From: a virus
Lineage: Duplodnaviria; Caudoviricetes
Reading direction: 5' to 3' (one strand)
DNA length: 55,940 nucleotides
IMG/VR virus record: IMGVR_UViG_3300009184_005738
Span: 1-55,940 of that record
Both the position numbers and the translations under genes were made by a program. The stretch's first letter is position 1. Every line of letters begins with the position of its first letter. Under the pieces are notes generated by a model. That model was not told the origin of the DNA, made no database searches, and saw only the letters and a list, made by a program, of their open reading frames with translations. Below are positions 26,896 to 36,053 of this stretch, piece after piece.

Positions 26896-27948
26896 TTATT
26901 TGTTGTTATTTATGCTTTGGTTATCGTAGAAGTTAGAGTTTGCGTTGTTTAAGAGAAGAACCATCTCGGATAGTGAATACTTTACCCATGATTTAGGGTC
27001 ATTATTTGGAAGTATACTAAACCAATACGATTCCATTGGCGTAGAGGTAGAATTACCCCTGTAATGCACAATGCCTCTTGGTATAACGGCCATGTTTGAT
27101 TCAATGTGGGTTTTAACTAGACAGGACCAACTCATCCATGCGCTGTGCAACATATTGTTATTGCAATACAGCAAATAGTGCCTAAGATGATCGTAGTCTA
27201 GGTAACCTGTGTCGTGCAAGTCTAATAGGTTTTCGGGGACTATGTTCCATAATGATTGTCTGGAGCTCCAGTTGTCCCTAAAAGACATCGCAGTATTTGT
27301 TAATCTGAACCAGCAGCCTTTTGATGTCAGTTTATTCTTTGTTGATTTTATTAATTGAATCGTTTCTTCACCGAATATTGACATTAAGTCGGCATGCATG
27401 TAACTAAGTGAGCCAGGAGCTAGTGCCGAAACAGCTTCTGTTAAGTCGCCATTCCAGGTTTTAGCTTCTGGCCATTTCTTCTCAATTTGCTGATAGGTTG
27501 AAAGTTGTTTTTCTACTAGCAGCATTTGAGTTTTGCTTACGGATTTAATATCCATAAGTTCTTGTGGCTCATTGGATAACTCTGGTAATAATACACAGAA
27601 TCCAGAGCCGAGATCTGTATCTATAGAAGATTTCTCGTTAAAAGATATTTGTCTTTTAATCGGGATGTTGTATGAAGATTCTTCTATGTAGTCTGCTGGG
27701 GTTTCCATCCCAACGAGGTCTAAACCCAGTTTGGTTACAACCCATAGGTCGGCTCGCCTGCCACGTTTAGCTCTTGGGTGGTGATCTTGTTTTCTCTTAA
27801 TAAGCTTTTCAACTAATAACTCTTTACGAGAATGCAAAAATTCATGTTGTGTGGTTAATTTTGCGCGACGAAGATCGGTTGAAGTTACAGTCTTATGTTC
27901 GGCAATATAGTGCAGCATTTTGGTGGCACTATCAGAAACTTTTATCAT
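26896..27948 (-). CDS. winged-helix N-terminus plus uncharacterised C-terminal domain
   Basis: LLVEKLIKR...RGRRADLWVVT wHTH wing. Confidence 0.55.
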   Translation of the reverse strand: MIKVSDSATKMLHYIAEHKTVTSTDLRRAKLTTQHEFLHSRKELLVEKLIKRKQDHHPRAKRGRRADLWVVTKLGLDLVGMETPADYIEESSYNIPIKRQISFNEKSSIDTDLGSGFCVLLPELSNEPQELMDIKSVSKTQMLLVEKQLSTYQQIEKKWPEAKTWNGDLTEAVSALAPGSLSYMHADLMSIFGEETIQLIKSTKNKLTSKGCWFRLTNTAMSFRDNWSSRQSLWNIVPENLLDLHDTGYLDYDHLRHYLLYCNNNMLHSAWMSWSCLVKTHIESNMAVIPRGIVHYRGNSTSTPMESYWFSILPNNDPKSWVKYSLSEMVLLLNNANSNFYDNQSINNNK

Positions 27949-27968
27949 AAAGACCTTTTCTTGATGCC

Positions 27969-28012
27969 CCCTGCGGTAGAGAGCTATTTTTTAAATACCC
28001 CCTACCGCAGGG
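27969..28012. other. stem-loop downstream of the Ubl gene
   Basis: ccctgcggtag / ctaccgcaggg perfect 11-bp inverted repeat; no U-tract. Confidence 0.6.
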
Positions 28013-28028
28013 AAAACCATGGCTTTTG

Positions 28029-28274
28029 TCAGCCCTTTTCGCCTGCTCGACGATGGAACTCGACGTTGTCGCCGGGCTGAATGACATAAGAGTCATCCAA
28101 CTTCTCTTTACCCTTGTAGGCGTTAGCGTCTGTTGGGATTCCCCACATTGCGCTGAACTGTCCACGAAGATCTGACACACTCTTGCCTGCGTGGCTACCT
28201 GGGTTGTTGTATACGCCGTAACGGATCTGGGCAGACCCATTGCTTTCGGCGCTAGACGATGATGCTTGCTGCAT
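28029..28274 (-). CDS. ubiquitin-like beta-grasp protein (Ubl)
   Basis: 81 aa, GKSVSDLR...YVIQPGDNVEF...AGEKG with C-terminal Gly; adjacent to ThiF. Confidence 0.82.
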   Translation of the reverse strand: MQQASSSSAESNGSAQIRYGVYNNPGSHAGKSVSDLRGQFSAMWGIPTDANAYKGKEKLDDSYVIQPGDNVEFHRRAGEKG

Positions 28275-28275
28275 T

Positions 28276-29058
28276 TTAAGCTCCTTGATATACTATATCG
28301 TTAATGTTAATACTGCGATCAAAACTTTGGGCTAGACCGGCTTCCAAGTCAAAGAAATACTCAGAATTAAAAGCCGGATCTTTACCTTCAACAATGACCA
28401 TGTTGAACCGCGCTAGCAATGCTGCTGTTACGGCCATATTCGTGGCTAGAAGTTGCGTCCCTCCATCTAGTTGGGCTCTTTCTTGACACGAAAGTTCACC
28501 AGGGTTACGGTCAGGAGGATCAACATATTCCTCATGCCATACCGAAGGATGATCTACCAGCTCTACACCATCACGCTTTGCGTAGTGATAGGTGGAGCCA
28601 AAATATCTTTCATCATTACCGCCAAGGAATACATCAACATCATTAAGCTCACTAGCAGCATCAATGAGTTGCTTCCTTGCTTTGAAGTTATCTACTACCG
28701 CAAAGATTACGTCGCCCTCAGCTATTAGATCGCAAGCAGCGATCTTACCTGCAGATGGCGTTCCGTCTTCTTCCTTGTCTTCCTTACCATTTTCTGCCAC
28801 TTTGTCAACAACCCAGTAGGGCATTGGTATGATAAAGGTTTTATCAAATTGCGGTATCAATTCGTTAGCTAAAACTTCTGCTTTATTTCCAACACCATTA
28901 AAGAATTGGCGTTGTTTGTTTTTAGCTTCGAAATTATCGCCATCAACAATTAGCAGGGCCGAACCTGGCATGGTCCATTCTAGTGTCATAGCAATAGAGC
29001 GAGACAGTAAAGAACCTATACCGCCTGCCCCAACGATGACTACTCTTTTTTCTTGCAT
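28276..29058 (-). CDS. ThiF/E1-like Ubl-activating enzyme
   Basis: VVIVGAGGIG, DGDNFE.KN..RQ, AVVDNFKAR; candidate catalytic Cys in ELSCQE. Confidence 0.9.
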   Translation of the reverse strand: MQEKRVVIVGAGGIGSLLSRSIAMTLEWTMPGSALLIVDGDNFEAKNKQRQFFNGVGNKAEVLANELIPQFDKTFIIPMPYWVVDKVAENGKEDKEEDGTPSAGKIAACDLIAEGDVIFAVVDNFKARKQLIDAASELNDVDVFLGGNDERYFGSTYHYAKRDGVELVDHPSVWHEEYVDPPDRNPGELSCQERAQLDGGTQLLATNMAVTAALLARFNMVIVEGKDPAFNSEYFFDLEAGLAQSFDRSININDIVYQGA

Positions 29059-29763
29059 TTAAAATTCCTTGTAATCAATAAACAGTTTTTCGCTGTTGGT
29101 GGAAGATTTCTCAAAAGTATTTTCAACGACTAAGTGATCGTAGTCGAAGGATTCGCAAGTGATTATTTTTTCGCCTATAACACCGTGATACAGAAAATCT
29201 GCTACAGATTTCCTTATCTCAGGACATTTCTCGGTATAATAATTGACGCAATCTTTACAGAGACTGTATTGGTCGTCTTCATTGTACAAACTATCCCAAA
29301 TACCGGGAGGTACATCTGACGTATCTTCCCATGATAATGGCTTCACACAAAGGCATGCTGCCCATGTTTGGTCGCAGCAGATCATCCAAGGATCGTCATC
29401 AGAATAGAATGCGTCAATTTTTTGCACTGTTTCGGGGCTTGCCGAAGCATAGAAATCATCCCAATCTGTTTCCACAAATTTAACTCCACAGTCCTCACAG
29501 CTAGAGTCTAAATACTCTATATAGCTGATACAGTTGGGGTTAAGGCATTCAATGACTAAGGCTTCTTGCTTTTCTATCAATGTTTCATTGACGGAAATAT
29601 CAAGATTACCTAGCGGGTGGTAGCAATATGGGCATGAACTGTACTTAGCTTCTGTTTCGTCCAACTCTTGGTAACATTCATAACAGAATGCCGCAGATGT
29701 TGAACGTTCAGCTATTTTCCCGCAACACCACCTACTCCGCCTGCACCGTGGAAAAGTTCGCAT
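29059..29763 (-). CDS. Cys-rich multi-zinc-finger ORF; probably translated as a -1 frameshift extension of the JAB gene
   Basis: many CxxC pairs; weak independent start; in the -1 frame of the GGGAAAA heptamer at 29715-29721. Confidence 0.65.
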   Translation of the reverse strand: MRTFPRCRRSRWCCGKIAERSTSAAFCYECYQELDETEAKYSSCPYCYHPLGNLDISVNETLIEKQEALVIECLNPNCISYIEYLDSSCEDCGVKFVETDWDDFYASASPETVQKIDAFYSDDDPWMICCDQTWAACLCVKPLSWEDTSDVPPGIWDSLYNEDDQYSLCKDCVNYYTEKCPEIRKSVADFLYHGVIGEKIITCESFDYDHLVVENTFEKSSTNSEKLFIDYKEF

Positions 29764-30971
29764 TCTTCTTTTTCGCCGCGACGCCAGATGTAAACATCCC
29801 TAGAAACACCCATTTCTATATCGATCTCTGTAGAGTAAAGACCTTTGCTCTTTCGCTCAATACAGATATCATTTAGTGTTTCACCGGGTAGCATTATGTA
29901 ATTGTGGCAGCCGAGGCAACGTCGTTTTTCGTAGTCAGCTTTGATAAACTTAGTTAGACAAAATGGACATTCTTTTTCTTTGTCTTCTTTAAGTTCTGCA
30001 ACAATAGTATTCTTATTTGGATCTGGAAAACCTGCTGGAAGCTTTACTGAAACGCTTCCGTAGCTAGTGGAATACTTATTGCCGGAGCTTGTGCTGGGAG
30101 CATAGCTCGTAGAGCCATACCCATAACTATAGCCAGAGGGGGTAACTACTGGGGCTTTTTTGGATACCTTTTCCATCCACTGATCTACAACTGGTGAAGG
30201 TTCTGGTTTTGGAAAAGATTCAAATACTTGGCTTGGTTCCATAGTGAAAACTCCGCCAGGTGTTTGAAGCTCAATATAGTATTCTGTGGCGTTGTTATTG
30301 TGGCTTTTGCGCCAACCATAAGTTATATGAATTCCCGGAAAATCTGCTTGATCTTTATGATCAGTTCCGGAAGCAAAGGCTGACATTGCCGGATGAGAAT
30401 GTGCGGATCCTACGACATAAACATGCTCTTCTTTTTGTTGAGCAATAGATTCGTGATCATACAAGCAATCTGCGGCAGTATTTACTTGATCGGGAACTAA
30501 GATGCCCCAGCCTTCGCTTGGGTTATCTTTTTCAAGGTAGTCTGGATCGTAAGTAAGCAGGACTATAGACTCGGTGCCATGCTTAGCTTCTACTGCCCTA
30601 AAGAAATCGTCCATCATTTGAACATGGCTATAAGGGATGGCCGGAAGCTTGTAATTGGCTTCGACAGTCATTTGATCTAGGCCGAGTTCGTCAGGGTCTG
30701 CTACGGTTACAGACCTAGATATAATGGTATTAACAACCTTGAAAATTGTAGGCCTCTCTGAGGCTTTAGTCACTTTACCATCATTGTGATTATACTTCTC
30801 TACGCACATAACGTAGTAGAAACTATAACCATGAGCTTCGATGTGGCTACAAATTTTGTCTATATCACCAACAAAGCATGGTAAACCGTTAGGCAGATCA
30901 AACTGCTTAATTTGATCTAGCGGTATTAGTTCCACTATATCTTCTTCTATTACATCTTTTTCTGTGGTCAT
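29712..30971 (-). CDS. JAB/MPN+ metallo-isopeptidase with C-terminal zinc ribbon
   Basis: HGTE (Glu), GSAHSHPAMSAFASGTD (HxH...S..D); C-terminal CPFC...CLGC. Confidence 0.88.
   Translation of the reverse strand: MTTEKDVIEEDIVELIPLDQIKQFDLPNGLPCFVGDIDKICSHIEAHGYSFYYVMCVEKYNHNDGKVTKASERPTIFKVVNTIISRSVTVADPDELGLDQMTVEANYKLPAIPYSHVQMMDDFFRAVEAKHGTESIVLLTYDPDYLEKDNPSEGWGILVPDQVNTAADCLYDHESIAQQKEEHVYVVGSAHSHPAMSAFASGTDHKDQADFPGIHITYGWRKSHNNNATEYYIELQTPGGVFTMEPSQVFESFPKPEPSPVVDQWMEKVSKKAPVVTPSGYSYGYGSTSYAPSTSSGNKYSTSYGSVSVKLPAGFPDPNKNTIVAELKEDKEKECPFCLTKFIKADYEKRRCLGCHNYIMLPGETLNDICIERKSKGLYSTEIDIEMGVSRDVYIWRRGEKEECELFHGAGGVGGVAGK
29715..29721 (-). other. -1 ribosomal frameshift slippery site G-GGA-AAA
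   Basis: X XXY YYZ heptamer in frame immediately before the JAB TAG stop; -1 frame open for 218 more codons. Confidence 0.7.
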
Positions 30972-31017
30972 TGTTGTGCTCCAGATTAGATTAGAATCTT
31001 ATCGATTCTTCAATTAT

Positions 31018-32355
31018 TTAAACGGACTGAGCAGTCGCTGCGTAATTAGTCGAACAACTAACGCATGAGTTATTTTCTTCTAATATCGTAAATTCGTTGC
31101 ATTTAACGCAATAACTTGCATTTGCGCAGTCAGTGCAGTGGAAGTTAAAAATTCCTTCATACTGATAATAATACAAATAGGAAAAGTGCTTTTTACTTAA
31201 ACAAGAAGCGCATGTTTCGTACTCTACTTCAAAACAACTAGTGCATACATTGCCGTCGTCGGTTTCTATGCAGTGCTCGTAACCATAAAAACCTTTACAT
31301 GCATAACAGCAAAATGACGGGCCAGCTATGGGAATTATTGGTTCGTTTTGATTTAATGGTTGTACTTCTTTATGTTTTGTATTCGTAAATGCTTTTTTGA
31401 TATTACTCAGAACGTCTTTGCCGCTTGGATTCTCCAGATCAGATCTAGAAAAAGATTGGTAAGATTTTATTGGTTCTGAATCAGTATAATAAGCTTTATA
31501 TTTTCCGTCCATAGCGGAACCAATGGTGAGGTGCTCTCCATTTTCATGGTGTTTACCTTGAGAGTCAAGTCCTTCCACCATTACCGGCAGCCAGATTGAG
31601 GGATCTAGTGTCCATTGGAATCCTTCAGTTTCGCTTTTTTGTTCCCAGTCTTCTGGGTTCCAAAGGTAAGAATATGATTGGAACTCTTCATCGTTTTCGA
31701 CGTTGTAAGTTCCTTTATATTCGCAAAATTCTTTTGTATAGCATTCGTGGTAAAACCTTGGGCCATCAGTTTCGCTCATGTTAGAGTCGTTATAGGCTTC
31801 TGTTCCACCAGATCGTTCTAAAAGGTGAGATATTTTGTGCCCTATATCTAGTTTAGATATGGAAGGTTGATTATGGTACAAGCATATCCATCCAACTCCT
31901 ACACCACCACCAGCGTGGCTTTGGCTATAGCCTTTACAGTTTAGGTTTGGAAGATTTACGTGGAATAATATTTGATTTTTGCTTGTTATTGGACTAATAC
32001 TATAGAAGTGTCTTGCACCATAAAATTCATTGTTAAGGAAATCTCCAATGACAATTCTATATGGCATTGCTAGATCGTAATGGATTGCTTCTTGATCGCC
32101 TTCGTTTTTGCCCCAAATAACCCTGTATATTTCTGGCTTGTGCTGAAATACAACCTGCATTCTATCGAAAGATTTGCGTATAGATAGAACACCAGAGCCG
32201 TCTAAGGGTAACAATCCCGTTTCGAAAAAGGATACTTCCGACAGGGACAAGAAGAAGTCGCTAAGGTCAACTTCTTCTATTTTAGACTGATTTCCGGCAT
32301 TGATTGTTAATTGAGCTTTTTGTTCATTCAGCAATAAATAAGAATCAATACTCAT
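31018..32355 (-). CDS. prokaryotic E2-like protein with C-terminal zinc-finger array, paralogue 1
   Basis: FETGLLP...DLAMPY...LFHVNLPNLN...GWICL; eight or more C-terminal CxxC motifs; in the operon with JAB, E1 and Ubl. Confidence 0.68.
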   Translation of the reverse strand: MSIDSYLLLNEQKAQLTINAGNQSKIEEVDLSDFFLSLSEVSFFETGLLPLDGSGVLSIRKSFDRMQVVFQHKPEIYRVIWGKNEGDQEAIHYDLAMPYRIVIGDFLNNEFYGARHFYSISPITSKNQILFHVNLPNLNCKGYSQSHAGGGVGVGWICLYHNQPSISKLDIGHKISHLLERSGGTEAYNDSNMSETDGPRFYHECYTKEFCEYKGTYNVENDEEFQSYSYLWNPEDWEQKSETEGFQWTLDPSIWLPVMVEGLDSQGKHHENGEHLTIGSAMDGKYKAYYTDSEPIKSYQSFSRSDLENPSGKDVLSNIKKAFTNTKHKEVQPLNQNEPIIPIAGPSFCCYACKGFYGYEHCIETDDGNVCTSCFEVEYETCASCLSKKHFSYLYYYQYEGIFNFHCTDCANASYCVKCNEFTILEENNSCVSCSTNYAATAQSV

Positions 32356-32367
32356 ATATAATCCTTG

Positions 32368-32766
32368 TTATTTATCTTCGGATTGAAGAAGTTTTTTGAC
32401 TGCATCATCAATTTCATCATCAAAATCACCAAAAGCCCAAGCGAGCCAATTTGGATCTTTTTCTGCAATATCTACTAAAGATTTGCGTTTCAATAATTCA
32501 TCGTAGGGTTCTATTATTTCGGATAAACGACCTAGACCTTTAGATAGTCCAGCTAGTTCACCTTTATCATGAGATAATTGAAGGATTGCACCAAGGATGG
32601 GGTTCCCATCTATTGTAAACCTTTTTATAATTGTGTCTATCCGAGTCTCAAGTGCCTCTATCTGCAATTCCATTTCTTGCTTTGCAAAAGAGGCACTTGT
32701 AGTACTGAATTTAAACGACTTAATAGGGCTTACTGGCAAACCTTCATGGGAAGGTTGATTCGTCAA
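32368..32766 (-). CDS. hypothetical protein
   Basis: ORF track. Confidence 0.55.
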   Translation of the reverse strand: MTNQPSHEGLPVSPIKSFKFSTTSASFAKQEMELQIEALETRIDTIIKRFTIDGNPILGAILQLSHDKGELAGLSKGLGRLSEIIEPYDELLKRKSLVDIAEKDPNWLAWAFGDFDDEIDDAVKKLLQSEDK

Positions 32767-32992
32767 AGTTTAATCCCTTACTGGTTTTGCTTCTATTTTG
32801 TAAGTAGTCTATTAATTCCTTAGCAGACCACCAAGCAGTGCAGAAAGCTACAATGCTTCGGGTAATAAGTTTAATGATATACTCTTCTTTCGTACCGTCA
32901 AAAAGTCTTGCTCCGCCTGGACTTTGAAAATCGAAATAAATGTTATCTAAGAATAGTTGTATTTGATTTGCGAAGTTGTCTTTGTTGTCCAT
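32744..32992 (-). CDS. hypothetical protein
   Basis: ORF track. Confidence 0.45.
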   Translation of the reverse strand: MDNKDNFANQIQLFLDNIYFDFQSPGGARLFDGTKEEYIIKLITRSIVAFCTAWWSAKELIDYLQNRSKTSKGLNFDESTFP

Positions 32993-33079
32993 AACTCGGT
33001 TCGTGTCTTACTTTTGGTTGATGTTTGTTTTTTACTCAAATTGTAATTAAGCATTATTGGTTCGCTCCTGTTAATATAA

Positions 33080-33580
33080 CTATAGTTTTAGTTCAGCTAA
33101 TCGTGTTTCAATTTTTTCTACACGATTTATTTTAATGTCGCTTATTTCATTCTCATTAATCCCATTTTTTTCCATAAAAGAATCATGCAATAATTCAATG
33201 GTTTCAGAGATTATATATTCGCTTCGATCATTCCACTGTACCCAGACATTTCCATACTCTGAAATAATATCTTTTGTTACAGCTTGAATTTCTCTAGCAC
33301 TGTACCCGCCCCACACCCCATATTCTTCTCGGTTCACCAAAGCTAGCCTAAGGCATTGCTTTACTGTAGGGCATGTGGTGCAAACGGTAGAAGCTACACC
33401 TAGCTCCTGGACGTTGCTCCTGGGATACATAACAGATACTTCAAGGTCCCAGCAGGAAGCCAATGGTGCCCAGCTTTTTTTGTGGGATTGAAGATATCTA
33501 GAATAGTGCTCCACCTCTTTGTATGGTGGAAGAAGATCAACTACTGGTTCTTCCTCAGTAGTTGCTTGAGTGTTCTCCAT
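33080..33580 (-). CDS. whiB: WhiB-family Fe-S transcription regulator
   Basis: C...CxxCPxxxxC...EEYGVWGG. Confidence 0.88.
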   Translation of the reverse strand: MENTQATTEEEPVVDLLPPYKEVEHYSRYLQSHKKSWAPLASCWDLEVSVMYPRSNVQELGVASTVCTTCPTVKQCLRLALVNREEYGVWGGYSAREIQAVTKDIISEYGNVWVQWNDRSEYIISETIELLHDSFMEKNGINENEISDIKINRVEKIETRLAELKL

Positions 33581-34217
33581 GTATTTTCTTTTCCTTACCG
33601 GCCAAGATGTTGATTACTTCTAACATTCTTGAGGACTTATAGAATTTACTAGAAATAAAATCTTCAGTTACGCCAAATTCAAGTAGCCCTTCTTCTGGTT
33701 CTTTATTTAGATCTGAGCATATTCTTAAGTATTGTTTTTTTAGATCTGCCATTTTCCAGTCAAAGAATCCTAAGAAAACACCAGTTATCATACTTAAGTA
33801 ATTATTTTCATCTTCTAGGTTAGGCACAAACCGTTCATTTATAGTGATATCAGAGTAGTTGCGCAAAACATGCATAGAAGATATAGCGTACCTAACTTCG
33901 TGGAGTTCTAGATACTTTGTCAGTAGACCTTCTGTTAAGTCATTCACTACATCATATAGAGCGGCAAGTTCGGGTTCGTAATTTTCACTGGTAAGTACCC
34001 TGCCGTAAAATGATATTAGCTCACTGGCAAATATAATCTCTTCAGGCAAAGTGCTTTCAACTAGCCAAGCTGATTCGTCGATTCCAAAAAGTTCTCTAAA
34101 TTTATCTGCTATCTGAGAAGGAGCAGAAGTATTTGGATTCTTATTATTCGAATTAGTTGCGTCTTCAAATAGATCTGCGTCTTCATCCCCGGTAAGATAC
34201 GGATTTGATATACTCAT
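33555..34217 (-). CDS. hypothetical protein
   Basis: 220-aa ORF with RBS. Confidence 0.65.
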   Translation of the reverse strand: MSISNPYLTGDEDADLFEDATNSNNKNPNTSAPSQIADKFRELFGIDESAWLVESTLPEEIIFASELISFYGRVLTSENYEPELAALYDVVNDLTEGLLTKYLELHEVRYAISSMHVLRNYSDITINERFVPNLEDENNYLSMITGVFLGFFDWKMADLKKQYLRICSDLNKEPEEGLLEFGVTEDFISSKFYKSSRMLEVINILAGKEKKIHGEHSSNY

Positions 34218-34223
34218 TTTCCC

Positions 34224-34658
34224 TCACTTAATTGAGTTTGCTATTTTATCTTTTTGCAATTCATTCAAAAAAATATTAGCTAGTTTATCGGCTTCGTGAA
34301 CAAAAGCTCTAGGCACGTGTTGAATCCTAAACCTAAATTGCTCTTGTATAATTCTTATAGATTTCAACAACGTAAAAAGGTTGTCATTTTTACATTGCCA
34401 CTTTCCATTTACTTGATTCACCACAACTGCAGAATCCGAATATATAATTGGATCATTCAATTGAGCCATAGAGCATATCAATAAGCTTGTTATGACCGCC
34501 TCGTATTCTGCTTCGTTGTTTGTGCGTTTGCCTAAGCCTCTAGCGTATTTGGCTATTTCTTTTTTGTTTTTATAAACAACAATGCCACAGGCAGCTTCTC
34601 CAGTTTTTTTCTGGCCTTGACCTCTTGCAGCACCATCACAAACAACTTCTATTAACAT
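34224..34658 (-). CDS. rnhA: ribonuclease HI
   Basis: DGAARG, TNNEAEYEA, YSDSAVVVNQVNG.W, HVPR...ADKLAN. Confidence 0.92.
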   Translation of the reverse strand: MLIEVVCDGAARGQGQKKTGEAACGIVVYKNKKEIAKYARGLGKRTNNEAEYEAVITSLLICSMAQLNDPIIYSDSAVVVNQVNGKWQCKNDNLFTLLKSIRIIQEQFRFRIQHVPRAFVHEADKLANIFLNELQKDKIANSIK

Positions 34659-34664
34659 GAGGAC

Positions 34665-35000
34665 CTATTCTACGTCTCCGTATACTTCTTTCTTAAATAC
34701 CTCTAATAGTGGTTCTAATTTAGATTGAATAAAAATTGAACTACTTGAATAAATATTTAATACTTTATCTAGTTCACCTACGCTGTAGAATGTTCTACTA
34801 GTCCAGTGAATCTTCCCTGAGATAAGGTAAGAAAATATCTTTACTAGATAACCTTCACTTAATCTAGTGTTTGATATGAAATTTTTCTCTGATTCTTTAG
34901 CAATAAAATCAAGTATTTCGTAACGCTCTTCGTTGTTAAGTGACATCACGTCATTAACTGGTAGCTCTTCGGAAGCTACCGATTCAATCATAGTTGACAT
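34665..35000 (-). CDS. hypothetical protein
   Basis: ORF track. Confidence 0.55.
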   Translation of the reverse strand: MSTMIESVASEELPVNDVMSLNNEERYEILDFIAKESEKNFISNTRLSEGYLVKIFSYLISGKIHWTSRTFYSVGELDKVLNIYSSSSIFIQSKLEPLLEVFKKEVYGDVE

Positions 35001-35179
35001 CAGTTTACCTCTGGTGTTGTTATTGAGCTAACTATTATATTTCTAATATCCAGGAAAGCATTGGTAACTTTATCTGAGTCACAAAGTTTTTGGTTAGTAA
35101 ATTCCTGCATATTAATATCTATCATAGATATAATTTCTTCCAAATTTGGTGTTGCTGACGCTATCATAAGTCCTTCGGT

Positions 35180-35695
35180 CTAAAGCTCATGCCAATAGAA
35201 ATTTTTGCTTGTGACATCGTACGCAAAAAGGAGTCTATTGGCTCCAAAATGGTCAACTATAATACTAGCAATTAATCGATTAGAATCAATTGAGTTCTTT
35301 AGATTAATTAAGGCATCCATAAGATCTTCATCTAATATGCACTGCTTATACATTTCATGGATTGGAACAAATTTATAAAAATTACTTGCATTAATTTCTT
35401 GATCTACAGGCATTTTGTCAGCCCAGGAATCTTCAAGAATTGAAGGGTCAGTTTTTGCAAGTATAGAGTTTATGTAAGGGCGACCATGTTCGTCGGTATC
35501 TTCGTTGTAATCTGCTTCGATCATTATTCCTAACCCAAGGAACATTGGATGGTTGGCGTGAATCTGTTCGCACTCAAGTGCCAAACTATCCTTGAGGTTT
35601 AACGCCATATCATTAAGGGAATTGTTGAGACCGTTAATGTAGCTAGATAGCGTCCTTTTTAGCTTGGGAGTTGAACTTATTGTGTTGGTTGACAT
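35180..35695 (-). CDS. hypothetical protein
   Basis: coupled to the DUF6915-like gene. Confidence 0.6.
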   Translation of the reverse strand: MSTNTISSTPKLKRTLSSYINGLNNSLNDMALNLKDSLALECEQIHANHPMFLGLGIMIEADYNEDTDEHGRPYINSILAKTDPSILEDSWADKMPVDQEINASNFYKFVPIHEMYKQCILDEDLMDALINLKNSIDSNRLIASIIVDHFGANRLLFAYDVTSKNFYWHEL

Positions 35696-36045
35696 TAGTC
35701 GACTACCTCCATAATTTTATGATTTTTTACTTTTCCGCCAAGCCAATCATACATTGGCATATCGCCAAGGTAATCTTGTACGGTTGGGATAAAACCTAAA
35801 TCTTCCAAGATATGGTTTTCACATATATCTCTTACTTGGTAATCTTTACCATTAGAGTTTGTGCGGTAGATTCCGAAGAGCTCTTGGGCTATATAAGCGC
35901 CAAAACTACTGTGAAGTATTGCGCGGTGCCTCATGTCTGGAACATGCGCTTTAGATGAATCCAGAAATTCATGTATATCTATATAGTCATCTATAGTTCC
36001 GCTAAATTTAACTACAGACAATTTTGCGTGAACTAGTGGTTTCAT
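35695..36045 (-). CDS. DUF6915-like His-rich protein
   Basis: P..HA..S..KF.G...Y..IH.FLDSSK....RHRA.LH..FG...E.HI.EDLG.IPT..D. Confidence 0.7.
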   Translation of the reverse strand: MKPLVHAKLSVVKFSGTIDDYIDIHEFLDSSKAHVPDMRHRAILHSSFGAYIAQELFGIYRTNSNGKDYQVRDICENHILEDLGFIPTVQDYLGDMPMYDWLGGKVKNHKIMEVVD

Positions 36046-36053
36046 ATTTTAGC

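Noticed and set aside
27969-28031. Selenocysteine or read-through at the Ubl TGA driven by the downstream hairpin
   Set aside because: The Ubl ends exactly at the expected GxKG, the hairpin lacks a SECIS-like apical loop, and no sel genes are present.
28029-29058. ThiS/ThiF or MoaD/MoeB cofactor biosynthesis
   Set aside because: No thiG, moaE or cysteine synthase nearby; the context is JAB plus E2-like genes and the Ubl ends GEKG, not GG.
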